This document shows, one piece after another, positions 1 through 8,748 of a DNA stretch of 64,000 bases. Where the stretch lies: positions 61,457 to 125,456 of the forward strand of contig DASYTJ010000012.1 in the NCBI GenBank assembly GCA_036002325.1. Reading direction: 5' to 3'. Source of the stretch: Thermoanaerobaculia bacterium. GTDB taxonomy: Bacteria; Acidobacteriota; Thermoanaerobaculia; Multivoradales; UBA5704. Each line of letters begins with the position of its first letter. Position 1 is the stretch's first letter. Under the pieces are notes generated by a model, which saw nothing but the letters and a program-made list of their open reading frames with translations, made no database searches and had not been told where the DNA came from. Made by a program: the position numbers and the translations under genes.

Positions 1-335
1 CCGTTCTTCTTCGAGCCTTTGAGCGGAATGGAGATGTCGGCGGTGCCCGACGGGCCATTGGTCTCGACGTTACCGCTCACCCACCAGCCTTCGCGGACGG
101 GCTCGCCCAGCTCGGCCCGCACTTCCGGGTTCGCTTTGGCCCGTTCGGTGACGTCGCGGAAGACGTCCGTCGAGCGGATCACCGAGAAGACGAAGAAGAC
201 GATGGAGAGGATGAACAGGGCGAGAAGGACGACGGCCGAGCCGCAGCCGACGGGGATGAACCACTTCCAGTTCCGCTGCCACCAGTTGCGCGGCGGCACC
301 GCGGTCGGAGTAATGGTGGGATCTGAGATCGTCAT
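1..335 (-). CDS. Partial (3' end off window) membrane-anchored protein, Coa1/Tim21-like fold candidate
   Basis: Reverse-complement translation from CAT at 333-335 gives MTISDPTITPTAVPPRNWWQRNWKWFIPVGCGSAVVLLALFILSIVFF...NPEVRAELGEPVREGWWVSGNVETNGPSGTADISIPLKGSKKN: N-terminal TM anchor then NPEV..LG.P....G motif typical of Coa1-like assembly factors; runs off window start so not in ORF track. Confidence 0.4.
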   Translation of the reverse strand, partial: MTISDPTITPTAVPPRNWWQRNWKWFIPVGCGSAVVLLALFILSIVFFVFSVIRSTDVFRDVTERAKANPEVRAELGEPVREGWWVSGNVETNGPSGTADISIPLKGSKKN

Positions 336-362
336 CCGAGCTCTCCTTTCTGGCGGATCGAA

Positions 363-998
363 TCACTCCCGCACGGCCGCGCGCACGGCGAACTCCAGGT
401 ACTGCTCGCCTTCGATGAGATAGGTCCGCTTGGGATCGACGGTGAAGACGAGGACGATCTCCGGCCGCGGATCTTCCTGCTGAAGGAGTTGTTGCAGGGC
501 CGGCGGAAGGTCCTCGAGCGCGTAGACCCAGGACTCCAGCGAGAGCGTATGGGTCTGGACGGCGTGAGGGGCTCCTGCTTTTCCCGGGTTCCAGGCGGGG
601 ACCTTCTTCTGGCTATAGCGCAGCACGGGCGGCGGACCGAGGAGGATGAGCGCCCGGCCGCGGTCCGTGAGGCTGCCGCGGGTGCCGCCTTCCGAGTACA
701 GGCGGTCGGCGGCCTCGACCCGTTCGTAGAACAGCTTGGAGAACTCGTTGCCGGGAGTGTTGGGGTCCGGATCGCGGCGGCGCCAGAACGTCTCGACGAA
801 ATCGATCGCGTCCCGGGAGCTCTGGAGGTGACGAAGCTGCCGCTGCTCGTCGGGAAGCATCAGCCAGCGGGTGGGGCCATCGCCGAGCCCGGCGCCGCCG
901 GGGGGGCGAGCCGGAGCGGACCCGCAGCCCAGAGCGAGCCAGGAGAGCAGGGGCAATGCGGCGGCGAGCCGCCGGCCTGCGCGGATGCCTCCAGCCAT
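363..998 (-). CDS. GWxTP domain-containing lipoprotein
   Basis: 211 aa; lipoprotein signal LALGCGS; conserved FWRRRDPDPNTPGNEF / GWxTP-family motifs. Confidence 0.6.
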   Translation of the reverse strand: MAGGIRAGRRLAAALPLLSWLALGCGSAPARPPGGAGLGDGPTRWLMLPDEQRQLRHLQSSRDAIDFVETFWRRRDPDPNTPGNEFSKLFYERVEAADRLYSEGGTRGSLTDRGRALILLGPPPVLRYSQKKVPAWNPGKAGAPHAVQTHTLSLESWVYALEDLPPALQQLLQQEDPRPEIVLVFTVDPKRTYLIEGEQYLEFAVRAAVRE

Positions 999-1062
999 AT
1001 TCGGTCCAACCGCCTCCCAAAAACAAGAAACCGCAACCCGGGCGTGAGTGCGCCCGGGTGAA

Positions 1063-1344
1063 TCAGTGCACGCTATCGCCGCCGACCGGCTCCGGCGCTT
1101 CCTGAATCGTTCCGAAGGCTTCCTCGTAGCGTTCCAGGTTGGCGGCGAGAGCGCGGATGATGCGCTTGAAGTGTCCCGGACTGGTCACGATCCGGGAGGT
1201 CACGATGCCCTGCGGCGGAGCGAGGTTGATGAAGTCGAGGATGAACTCCTCGCGCGTATGGGTGATGCGGAGCAAATTGGAGTAGCGGCCTTTCAGCTCC
1301 TCGTCGCTGATCTTGACGTTGAGGCCCGCCTCGGGCTCGTCCAT
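1063..1344 (-). CDS. DUF3467 family protein
   Basis: 93 aa; KGRYSNLLRITHTREEFILDF motif characteristic of DUF3467. Confidence 0.55.
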   Translation of the reverse strand: MDEPEAGLNVKISDEELKGRYSNLLRITHTREEFILDFINLAPPQGIVTSRIVTSPGHFKRIIRALAANLERYEEAFGTIQEAPEPVGGDSVH

Positions 1345-1434
1345 GAGATCTCCCTGTAGTTGAGTGTCCCGATGCTATCCCAATGGGGGCAAGAGCGCTC
1401 AGTGAGGCGTCTTGCCCGCGCGACCGCCAAGACA

Positions 1435-2706
1435 CTATGCCTTCGCCGCCCGAAGATACACCGCCAGATCGCCGACATTCGTCCCGGTCGAGCCGGTTTC
1501 GAGCAGCGCGCCCGGCACGGCGGCGAGCGCTCGGCGGGAATCGTGGCCCGCGAGGGCGGCGTCAGGATCGATTCCGGCTCGCCGGACCGCCTCCCAGGTA
1601 CCGCCGTCCACCGTCGCGCCGGCGTAGCGGGTGGGACCGTCCTCGCCGTCGGTCGCCACGGTGAAGACGAGCTCGCCCGCACCGCCGGAGAGCTCCCGCG
1701 CCGCCGCCAGCGCTAACTCCTGGTTGCGCCCGCCGCTGCCGGCCCGTTCTCCCAGCGTGACGGTCGTTTCGCCGCCCAGGACGAGCGCCGCTCCGGCGTC
1801 CCCCGTCTCGCGGGCGAGGGAGCGCCCCCTCTCGACCAGCTCGCGGCCGGCCTTCGCCGCCTCGCCTTCCAGCCCGCCGTCGGCGACGTGGAAGCCTCGC
1901 CGCCGCGCCGCCGCCAGCGCCGCCGCCGCCGCCGTCCACGCGCTCCCGAGCAGAATCGTGTCCACGTTGGCGAGCGAGGGATGGCCCGGTTTCAGGGTCT
2001 CGGGGATCTCGCCCTGCGCTCCGGCCGCGAGGTGGCGCCGGACGCTCTCCGGCACGCGCAGGCCGCCGACGGCCGCGAGAGCCTCGGCGAAGGTCGTCGG
2101 GTCCGCCGTGAAGGGGCCGGAGGCGATCGCGGCGGGATCGTCTCCCGGCACGTCGGAGAGCAGCAGGAGAAGGACGCTCGGCAGGCGATCGCCCGCTATG
2201 CGCAGAGCGCCGCCGCCCTTCAGCCGCGAGAGGTGCTTGCGGACGGCGTTGACAGTCTGGATCGGCAGGCCCGCGGCCAGCAACGCGCGCTGGGTGGCCG
2301 CGAGATCGTCGAGAGTGAGGTCTCCGGCGGGCGCTTCCACGCAGGCCGAGGCGCCGCCGGAGATCAGGGCGAGGAGAGGCCGGGCGGGAATCTCGGCCAG
2401 CCATCGCTCCAGGCGCTCGCCGGCGGCGAGGCTCTGCCGGTCGGGAAGAGGATGGCCGCCGGTCTTCTGCTCCCATCCCGGATCGAGCAGCGACGACGAG
2501 AGGAGGGGACGGATCAGCAGCCGCCGCGCTCCGGGCTCCAGCGCCGCGCGCACGCCGCGGCCGAGCGCCGCACCGGCCTTGCCCAGGGAGAGGACGGCGC
2601 TGAATCGCTCTCCCCGCCGGGCCAGCTCTTCGCGCGCCAGCCGCTCCGGATCCACCGCCGCGAAAGCGGCGGCGGTCATCTGCCGGGCGAGATCGTGGAG
2701 ATCCAT
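1435..2706 (-). CDS. Glycerate kinase (MOFRL/glycerate 2-kinase family)
   Basis: 423 aa; ALISGGASACVE..., HLSRLKGG, LSDVPGDDPAAIASGPF, GGETTVTL...GRNQE motifs of hydroxypyruvate-reductase-associated glycerate kinase (MOFRL). Confidence 0.75.
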   Translation of the reverse strand: MDLHDLARQMTAAAFAAVDPERLAREELARRGERFSAVLSLGKAGAALGRGVRAALEPGARRLLIRPLLSSSLLDPGWEQKTGGHPLPDRQSLAAGERLERWLAEIPARPLLALISGGASACVEAPAGDLTLDDLAATQRALLAAGLPIQTVNAVRKHLSRLKGGGALRIAGDRLPSVLLLLLSDVPGDDPAAIASGPFTADPTTFAEALAAVGGLRVPESVRRHLAAGAQGEIPETLKPGHPSLANVDTILLGSAWTAAAAALAAARRRGFHVADGGLEGEAAKAGRELVERGRSLARETGDAGAALVLGGETTVTLGERAGSGGRNQELALAAARELSGGAGELVFTVATDGEDGPTRYAGATVDGGTWEAVRRAGIDPDAALAGHDSRRALAAVPGALLETGSTGTNVGDLAVYLRAAKA

Positions 2707-2794
2707 TTGGAAGGCTTAAGGATAGCTCCGATCGGATCGGCTATGATGAGCTACCGGCAAGATCGCATCGCAGACGGTTCCCGGAGGAAGCACT

Positions 2795-5700
2795 GTGGAA
2801 GCATTCTTCGTCCTCGTCGGGCTCGGGCTTTTGGGCATGGTGGCCGCAGCGCCGGTTCTGGCTATCATCGCCCTCGGGCGTGCGCGGCGTCTGGAGGCGC
2901 GCGTCGACATCCTGCAGACCGAGCTGACGGTCCTCAGGAGACACGTCGAGGCCTTCAAGACGGCGCCTTCCAGCCTGCCTGACGTTGAGGCGGTCGCCGC
3001 GCCGCGGCCTGAGCCGCCGCCGAAGCCGACCCCGCCGCCTGTTCCTGCCGTCGCGCCCGCGATGCCGGCCGCACCGCCGCCGGCCGCCACCGTGCCGCCG
3101 CGCCCCGTGCCGCCGATGACGGCTCCGGCGCCGCGGGTTGAGGCGAGAATCGAGCCGCGGCTCGAGCCGTCTCCGCCAATGCCTCCCGCTCCGCCGGCGC
3201 CTGCGGCGCCGCGGTTCGACTGGGAGAGCCTGCTGGGGCTGAAGGGAGCCGCCTGGCTGGGCGGCATCACGCTGGTCATCGCCGGCATCTTCCTCGCCAA
3301 GATGGCCTACGACGCCGGCTTCTTCAATCCCACGTTGCGCGCCGCCGCCATGGTGCTCGCCGGCGTCGGCGGGCTCATCTGGGCCGAGGTCAGCCTGCGC
3401 CGCGGCTATGTCACCACGGCCAACGCCGTCTCGGGCGCGGCCATCGCCGTCCTCTACACCGCCTTCTACGCGGCCCACGCCGTCTGGCACCTGCTGCCGC
3501 TCGGGCTCACTTTCCTGATGATGGCGCTGGTCACGGTGGTCGCCGGAGTGGTGGCCATCCGCTACGACGCGCTGTTCAGCGCCCTGCTCGGCCTGCTCGG
3601 CGGCTTCGCCACGCCGATCCTGCTGTCGACCGGCGAAGACCGGCCGGTGAGCCTCTTCTCCTACATCCTGCTGCTCAACCTCGGGCTCATGGCGGTCGCT
3701 GCGAAGAAGCGCTGGCATGGCCTCGTGCTGCTGGGGCTCGCCGGCACCTTTTTCATCGAGGCCGGCTGGGCCGCGAAGTTCCTGGCGCCGGAAAAGCTGA
3801 CGATCGGACTGCCGGTGTTCCTGATTTTCGGGCTGCTCTACCTCTTACTGCCGGCGATCGCCAAGCAGGAAGAGTCGCCGTCGTTGCTGCGGGCCGGCGC
3901 CGGGGGCATCGCCGTGCCGTTCCTCTTCGGCCTCTTCCTCGCCGGCAGCGCCCGCTACACCGGCGAGTGGCCGTTGCTCTTCGGCTATCTCGCGCTGCTC
4001 GACGCGGCGCTGATCGCCATCGCGCTGCTCCGCGGCCGGACCATCCTGCTGATCGGCGGCGCCGTCGCCACCGGCTTGACGCTGCCGCTCTGGGCGTTTC
4101 AGGGCCTCCGGCCGGCGGCGCTCTGGGGCCCGACGCTGGCGGTGATCGGCCTGGCGGCGCTGCTCAACCTGCCGGCGCGGCTGGCGCGACGGCTCGCGCC
4201 GCAGCGGCTGGAAGAGGACCGGGACGCCTACGAAGGCGCCGGCATCACGGCGGCGGCCGGCCTCGGCATCTACGCGCTCATCCTGGCGGAACGGGCGGCC
4301 GAACCGCCGTGGCCGTTCGCCGTCCTGCTCGCGGCGCTCACCCTTCTCCTCCTCGAACGTACCGGCGAGGAACGCCTGCGCTTCGTGATGCCCGTCGGCG
4401 CGACCGGCCTCGCGTTCCTGACGCAGATCTGGTTCCATCACGGCACGGCGGGCCCGACGCTGTGGCGCAACCTCGCCGTGCCGGTGCTCTTGGCGATCGT
4501 GCTGTCGCTCGTCGCCGCCCGCCGCGCCCGCGCGCCCATCAACGCCCTCGAGGACGAAGGAGGCGCGGTCGGGGCCACCATCGTCTCCGTACTCGGCTTG
4601 ATGGGCTGTCTGACCCCCGAGCTGGCAGCAGATCCCCTGCCGCTCTTCGCCGCGCTCGCCGTCTACGCCGTCCTGCTCGTCGTCTCGGCCCGGCGGCGGG
4701 ACTGGACTCCTCTCGTCGCGGCGGCTCTCGTTCTTTCGGCGGCCTTCGCCGTGGGATGGCAGGAAGGCTATTTCGAGGCGGCGGGCGGTGATCTCGCGGT
4801 CGTGCTGTCGATCTACGGCGTCTTCTATCTGGCGTTCCTCGTCCTGCCCTTCGCGCTCGCCGCGACGGTGGCTCCGGAGTGGCAGGAACGGCGGCTGCCG
4901 TGGATCAGCTCGGCGCTGGCCGGCCCGGCCTTCTTCCTGCCGCTCTACCGGGCGGTGTCGATCGGCTGGGGGAAGGCCTACATCGGTGCGCTGCCGCTGC
5001 TCCTGGCGGCGCTCAGCGTCGCGGCCGTGGCCGGCGTGAGGCGCCGCTTCGCCGCCGCGCCCGAGGGGACGCCGGAGGCGGGCCGCCGCCTCGGGTATCT
5101 GGCGCTCTTCTCCGCCGTCGCGCTCGGCTTCATCGCCGTGGCGATCCCGCTGCAGCTCCACCGCCAATGGATCACGGTCGGCTGGGCCCTCGAGGCCGCC
5201 GCGGTCTGGTGGCTGTTCGGCAAGCTGCCGCACCCGGGCCTGAAGTACTTCGGCGCGCTGCTCTTCGCCTTCGCGGGTGTGCGGCTGCTGGCGAATCCGG
5301 AGGTGCTGCGCTACGAGGAGCGCGGCCTGCCGATCGTCAACTGGCTGCTCTACACCTACGGCGTTCCGGCCCTCTGCTGCCTCGTCGGCGCCGTCTGGTT
5401 GAAGCGGGCGGAGGCGGCGCGGCAGGGCGCGCCGGACTACGACTTCCTCGCCGGAGACCGGAAGGTCCTGCCGCCGGCCGCGGCGGGCCTCGGCCTCATC
5501 CTTCTTTTCGCATTGATCAACCTGGAGATCATCGACTTCTTCTCCACCTCCCGGTACGTGGAGCTCAGCACGGAGCGCCAGCTCGCCCGCGACCTGACGA
5601 TGTCGTTGGCCTGGGGGCTCTACGCCATGGCGCTGCTGTTGACGGGCCTCTGGCGCAAGCTGCGGGCGCTGCGCTTCCTCTCCCTCGGCTTCCTGCTGCT

Positions 5701-5845
5701 GACCGTGGCCAAGGTCTTCCTCTACGACCTCTCGAACCTGGAAGGCGGCTACCGGATCCTCTCCTTCCTGGGTCTCGGCGTGGCGCTGATCCTCGTTTCC
5801 CTGCTCTACCAGCGCTTCATCCTGGTGCAGGAACGCTCGTCCTGA
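2795..5845 (+). CDS. DUF2339 family large polytopic membrane protein
   Basis: 1016 aa; N-terminal TM, coiled-coil, Pro-rich linker, then about 20 predicted TM helices; WESLLGLKGAAWLGGITLVIAGIFLAKMAYD region typical of DUF2339. Confidence 0.65.
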   Translation: MEAFFVLVGLGLLGMVAAAPVLAIIALGRARRLEARVDILQTELTVLRRHVEAFKTAPSSLPDVEAVAAPRPEPPPKPTPPPVPAVAPAMPAAPPPAATVPPRPVPPMTAPAPRVEARIEPRLEPSPPMPPAPPAPAAPRFDWESLLGLKGAAWLGGITLVIAGIFLAKMAYDAGFFNPTLRAAAMVLAGVGGLIWAEVSLRRGYVTTANAVSGAAIAVLYTAFYAAHAVWHLLPLGLTFLMMALVTVVAGVVAIRYDALFSALLGLLGGFATPILLSTGEDRPVSLFSYILLLNLGLMAVAAKKRWHGLVLLGLAGTFFIEAGWAAKFLAPEKLTIGLPVFLIFGLLYLLLPAIAKQEESPSLLRAGAGGIAVPFLFGLFLAGSARYTGEWPLLFGYLALLDAALIAIALLRGRTILLIGGAVATGLTLPLWAFQGLRPAALWGPTLAVIGLAALLNLPARLARRLAPQRLEEDRDAYEGAGITAAAGLGIYALILAERAAEPPWPFAVLLAALTLLLLERTGEERLRFVMPVGATGLAFLTQIWFHHGTAGPTLWRNLAVPVLLAIVLSLVAARRARAPINALEDEGGAVGATIVSVLGLMGCLTPELAADPLPLFAALAVYAVLLVVSARRRDWTPLVAAALVLSAAFAVGWQEGYFEAAGGDLAVVLSIYGVFYLAFLVLPFALAATVAPEWQERRLPWISSALAGPAFFLPLYRAVSIGWGKAYIGALPLLLAALSVAAVAGVRRRFAAAPEGTPEAGRRLGYLALFSAVALGFIAVAIPLQLHRQWITVGWALEAAAVWWLFGKLPHPGLKYFGALLFAFAGVRLLANPEVLRYEERGLPIVNWLLYTYGVPALCCLVGAVWLKRAEAARQGAPDYDFLAGDRKVLPPAAAGLGLILLFALINLEIIDFFSTSRYVELSTERQLARDLTMSLAWGLYAMALLLTGLWRKLRALRFLSLGFLLLTVAKVFLYDLSNLEGGYRILSFLGLGVALILVSLLYQRFILVQERSS

Positions 5846-5907
5846 AGCAGTATTGAGACCGCGCACCGGAAAAGACTGAGCCGCGGGCCGGCCGCCGGGG
5901 CTCGCTG

Positions 5908-6020
5908 CTAGCTCTTATCCCCGCCGCCCTTTGCCAACAGCCTCGCCCTCCCGCCGCGCCAGCTCCACCGTTGCGGCTTCCTTCCTGGCGGCTTCGCAGA
6001 ACATCCGCTTGCCCGCCTGC
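5908..6020. repeat. Direct repeat copy A (about 110 bp) flanking methyltransferase gene
   Basis: about 85% identical to 6785-6900, with a perfect ~55-nt core (cgccgcgccagctccaccgttgcggcttccttcctggcggcttcgcagaa). Confidence 0.8.
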
Positions 6021-6026
6021 GCAGGT

Positions 6027-6773
6027 CTAGATTGCGGCCTTCGAGTTTCTCCAGACCATGGTGATGCCTTCGCGAAGGGAGCTCGGCAGGAGCCGGTAAA
6101 CAGCGTTTTTGAGAGCTCCTAGGGCCACCTTCCGTCCCGCGGCCTCTCCGGATTCGTGATGCGCGAATCTCGCGTCGAAGTAGAAGGCCACCGTACACTG
6201 CTCGACTTGAAATCCCAGCTCAGCCGCCAATCCGGCGAGCTCTCTACGGGTGTACTCCCGGAAATGACCAGGATTCTGGGGGTCCAAGCGAATCATCTGG
6301 GAGGGGTTACGACCGAGCAGCAGCTTCAACCTCTTGGGCAGCGAGGCGGCGTTGGGCGTTTGCAGAACGAGACGACCACCGTCGCTCAACAGCGTCCGAA
6401 CGAAGCTCAGCACCAACTGAGGAGACGTGTAAAGGTGCTCGAGAACCTCGGCCATCACCACAAAGTCATATCTCGGGAGGTCGCGCCGCCAATTTTCTCT
6501 TCGCTGAGCCAGATTCAGATCGAACGCGAAGTGCCTGCCTTCGGCGGTCACTCGGTCCTCGCCGAACCCTAGCGAGTCGACCGCGATGCCGAATCTCTCC
6601 CGGATGAGCGTGGTCAACCGCGACGGGCCGATGTCCAGAACCTTCGAGTCTGTTCCAAGACCGTGTTTGGCCAGCACCTCCAGCAGGTAGGCATACCGCG
6701 CCGCGTGATAGGCCACATATCCTTGATCGTCGCCTCGGATGGCGCGCGCTGACAGCTCCGACGCCCTTCTCAT
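6027..6773 (-). CDS. Class I SAM-dependent methyltransferase
   Basis: 248 aa; VLDIGPS (motif I), FDFVVMAEVLEHL, GGRLVLQTPN; visibly lower GC than neighbours. Confidence 0.7.
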   Translation of the reverse strand: MRRASELSARAIRGDDQGYVAYHAARYAYLLEVLAKHGLGTDSKVLDIGPSRLTTLIRERFGIAVDSLGFGEDRVTAEGRHFAFDLNLAQRRENWRRDLPRYDFVVMAEVLEHLYTSPQLVLSFVRTLLSDGGRLVLQTPNAASLPKRLKLLLGRNPSQMIRLDPQNPGHFREYTRRELAGLAAELGFQVEQCTVAFYFDARFAHHESGEAAGRKVALGALKNAVYRLLPSSLREGITMVWRNSKAAI

Positions 6774-6784
6774 CGACGCCTAGC

Positions 6785-6900
6785 CCTTATCCCCCACCCC
6801 CCTCTGCCTCTTGCCGAAAGCCTCGCCCGCCCGCCGCGCCAGCTCCACCGTTGCGGCTTCCTTCCTGGCGGCTTCGCAGAATATTCGCCTGCCTGGGAGA
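6785..6900. repeat. Direct repeat copy B flanking methyltransferase gene
   Basis: See copy A; lies between methyltransferase start and GH47 stop. Confidence 0.8.
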
Positions 6901-6950
6901 TCCCATCGTGGTTCAGGTCCGCAGCTCGCAGCCATCCACGCCGGCCAGGC

Positions 6951-8318
6951 TCACCGGCTCCGTTTCAACGGGTGCGCTTCCGTGTTGAATACCACTTTTT
7001 TGAGGTCGAGCGTGTCGTCGGGCGCGAAGAGGAGGTAGAGGTACTTGAGCGTCTCGGCCAGGAAGTAGCTCGGCATCAGGTCGCCCTTCTCCTTGGTGGT
7101 GACGTCTTTGAGGACCGTGTAGCCGGCGTCGGTGCGGCAGTGGGCGGCGAGCCCCTCGACGAAGGTCTTTCCCATCTCCAAGTATCGCGGATCCTTCGTC
7201 AAGCGGTGGAGGATGTAGGCCGACTCCATGATCTCCGGCCGCAGTTGGTAGCCGGGCGAGGTGATCTTCATCGTCTTGTAGTCGAGGACCTCGGGCTCGA
7301 TGCCTTGGAGGTTCCACATCTTGTAGGCGGAAGCCTGGAGGCGGCGGGCGCGGCCGAGATCGCCGCCGAGCGCCAGGACCGCCGGCAGGAAGGCGTGCAG
7401 GGCGCCGAACTCGGTGGCCGTTCGCTTCCCCGTCCTCATGTCGGCCTGCCCGTACCAGAGTCCCGTCGGCGCGTCGTCGGCCAGGCGCCGGTCGAGCGCG
7501 CGGCGGCTCTCCCGCCACATCCGGTCGCAGTCCTTGTCGCCGAAGAGGAGCGAGCACTTCAGAAGGTACTCGTAATAGGAGTCGATGCCGCCGCCTACGT
7601 GGCTGGCCGGGCTCACCCACTCGCCGGTCTCGACGTCGATCTCCTCGCCGACGAGGCCGAGCGGCGAGCGGCGGTTGTAGAGCTGGACGAGGGCGTTCTT
7701 GGCCTTGTCGAAGAAAACCGGCTTGCCGGTGAGCCGCGCCAGGGTGCCGAATTCGAGGACGAGCGTGCCGATCTCGGCGGGGTTGGAGCGGGCGCCGGAG
7801 GTCTTGCCCGTCTTCAGGTTGACGTACATGTAGGGCATGCCGGTCGGCGAGCTGAAGGCGGGTAGGAGGCGCGTCCCCAAATCCTCGGCGAGGCGCAGCA
7901 GCCGCGGATCGCCGGTCATCTGGTAGCCCGAGAGCAGTCCGCCGAGGAGCCGGATGGTGATCTCGAAGTTCTTGACCGGGACGTCCTGGTCGAAGGAGAG
8001 CTTGTCGCCGACCAGCGCCTGTGCCTTCGCCGCCTCGTCCTTGAGGCCCATCAGCAGCAGCGTGTCGAGGGCGTCGACCGGCGTCATGAGCAGGGAGCCG
8101 GCGTGCCAGTCGCGCGGCGCTTTGCTCAGGGGCCGGAGCTCGTCGTGCCCCCAGGCATACTGCTCATAGGCCTGCCAGGCATGGAGCATCTCGGCGCGGA
8201 CGCGGCCGGCCATCTCGGCGCGGTTGACGGGACCGGGGCCCGCGGACGGACCGGCGCCGGCCGATGCTTCAAATAAGGAGAGGACGAGGATGGCGGGGAC
8301 AGCGGGGCGGAGTTTCAT
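6951..8318 (-). CDS. Glycoside hydrolase family 47 (alpha-1,2-mannosidase-like), secreted
   Basis: GH47 motifs (AWQAYEQYAWGHDELRP, FEITIRLLGGLLS, GGGIDSYYEYLLK, ETLKYLYLLF); likely start at MKLRPAVPAILVLSLF signal peptide (8318); ORF track extends to 8393. Confidence 0.7.
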   Translation of the reverse strand: MKLRPAVPAILVLSLFEASAGAGPSAGPGPVNRAEMAGRVRAEMLHAWQAYEQYAWGHDELRPLSKAPRDWHAGSLLMTPVDALDTLLLMGLKDEAAKAQALVGDKLSFDQDVPVKNFEITIRLLGGLLSGYQMTGDPRLLRLAEDLGTRLLPAFSSPTGMPYMYVNLKTGKTSGARSNPAEIGTLVLEFGTLARLTGKPVFFDKAKNALVQLYNRRSPLGLVGEEIDVETGEWVSPASHVGGGIDSYYEYLLKCSLLFGDKDCDRMWRESRRALDRRLADDAPTGLWYGQADMRTGKRTATEFGALHAFLPAVLALGGDLGRARRLQASAYKMWNLQGIEPEVLDYKTMKITSPGYQLRPEIMESAYILHRLTKDPRYLEMGKTFVEGLAAHCRTDAGYTVLKDVTTKEKGDLMPSYFLAETLKYLYLLFAPDDTLDLKKVVFNTEAHPLKRSR

Positions 8319-8491
8319 GGGAACGAATTCTGACAGACGCCGAGGCGAAGCACCACGGCAGGCAATCGGCAATCCAAAGGTGAAATTCCGCATGGAGACG
8401 GCAATTTAAAGATTTCTCGTGATTCTCCGCGACGGCGCCTCCCTTGCTGGAAGGCAGCACAGAAGCCCATACCGGCGGTACGTTTCTTGTC

Positions 8492-8497
8492 TATAAT
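8492..8497 (+). promoter_or_regulatory. Putative -10 element (TATAAT) in divergent promoter region
   Basis: TATAAT preceded by TGTC; located in 8394-8748 intergenic region between divergent GH47 and sensor kinase genes; no clear -35. Confidence 0.25.
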
Positions 8498-8748
8498 GGT
8501 AAGGTTGGCCTTTGGCGAGCGGGGGGGATTTAAATGTATTTCAGGCGGCCCCCCGGGTTATGGCTGCTTCGCGCAGAGCGCGGCTCCCCAGTGCACATCC
8601 TTGCTGTTTGATTCTTGCTCCGTCCGCCTCTTCCGGGGGGAGTACGGCCGCTCCCAGGAGTTGCGATGCGGAAGAATTTAGAATATTCTGACTCAAGCAG
8701 TACGAAAGTTTCGTCCGGGATCGGCGGCCGGGTCCGGGGTGGCAGGTC

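Noticed and set aside
19-423. 134-aa plus ORF and 70-366 minus ORF at the window start
   Set aside because: Alternative frames of the partial Coa1-like gene (minus strand, start 335), which has a proper TM-anchor/NPEV motif architecture.
1562-2982. Several 300-360-aa ORFs (1562-2476 minus, 1631-2719 plus, 1888-2982 plus)
   Set aside because: Alternative and antisense frames of the glycerate kinase gene; extreme Arg/Ala/Gly/Pro bias, no motifs.
3845-5866. 673-aa minus-strand ORF
   Set aside because: Antisense to the DUF2339 membrane protein gene; low-complexity R/E/G-rich.
5931-7038. Paralogous small ORFs 5931-6122 and 6811-7038 (MPtASPsRRASSTVAASFLAASQNIRLP...)
   Set aside because: Their similarity simply mirrors the nucleotide-level direct repeat, diverging exactly where the repeat ends; no RBS, so treated as non-coding repeat.
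8487-8681. 64-aa ORF in the kinase leader region
   Set aside because: No RBS and it lies within the predicted long-range RNA helix; more consistent with non-coding leader.
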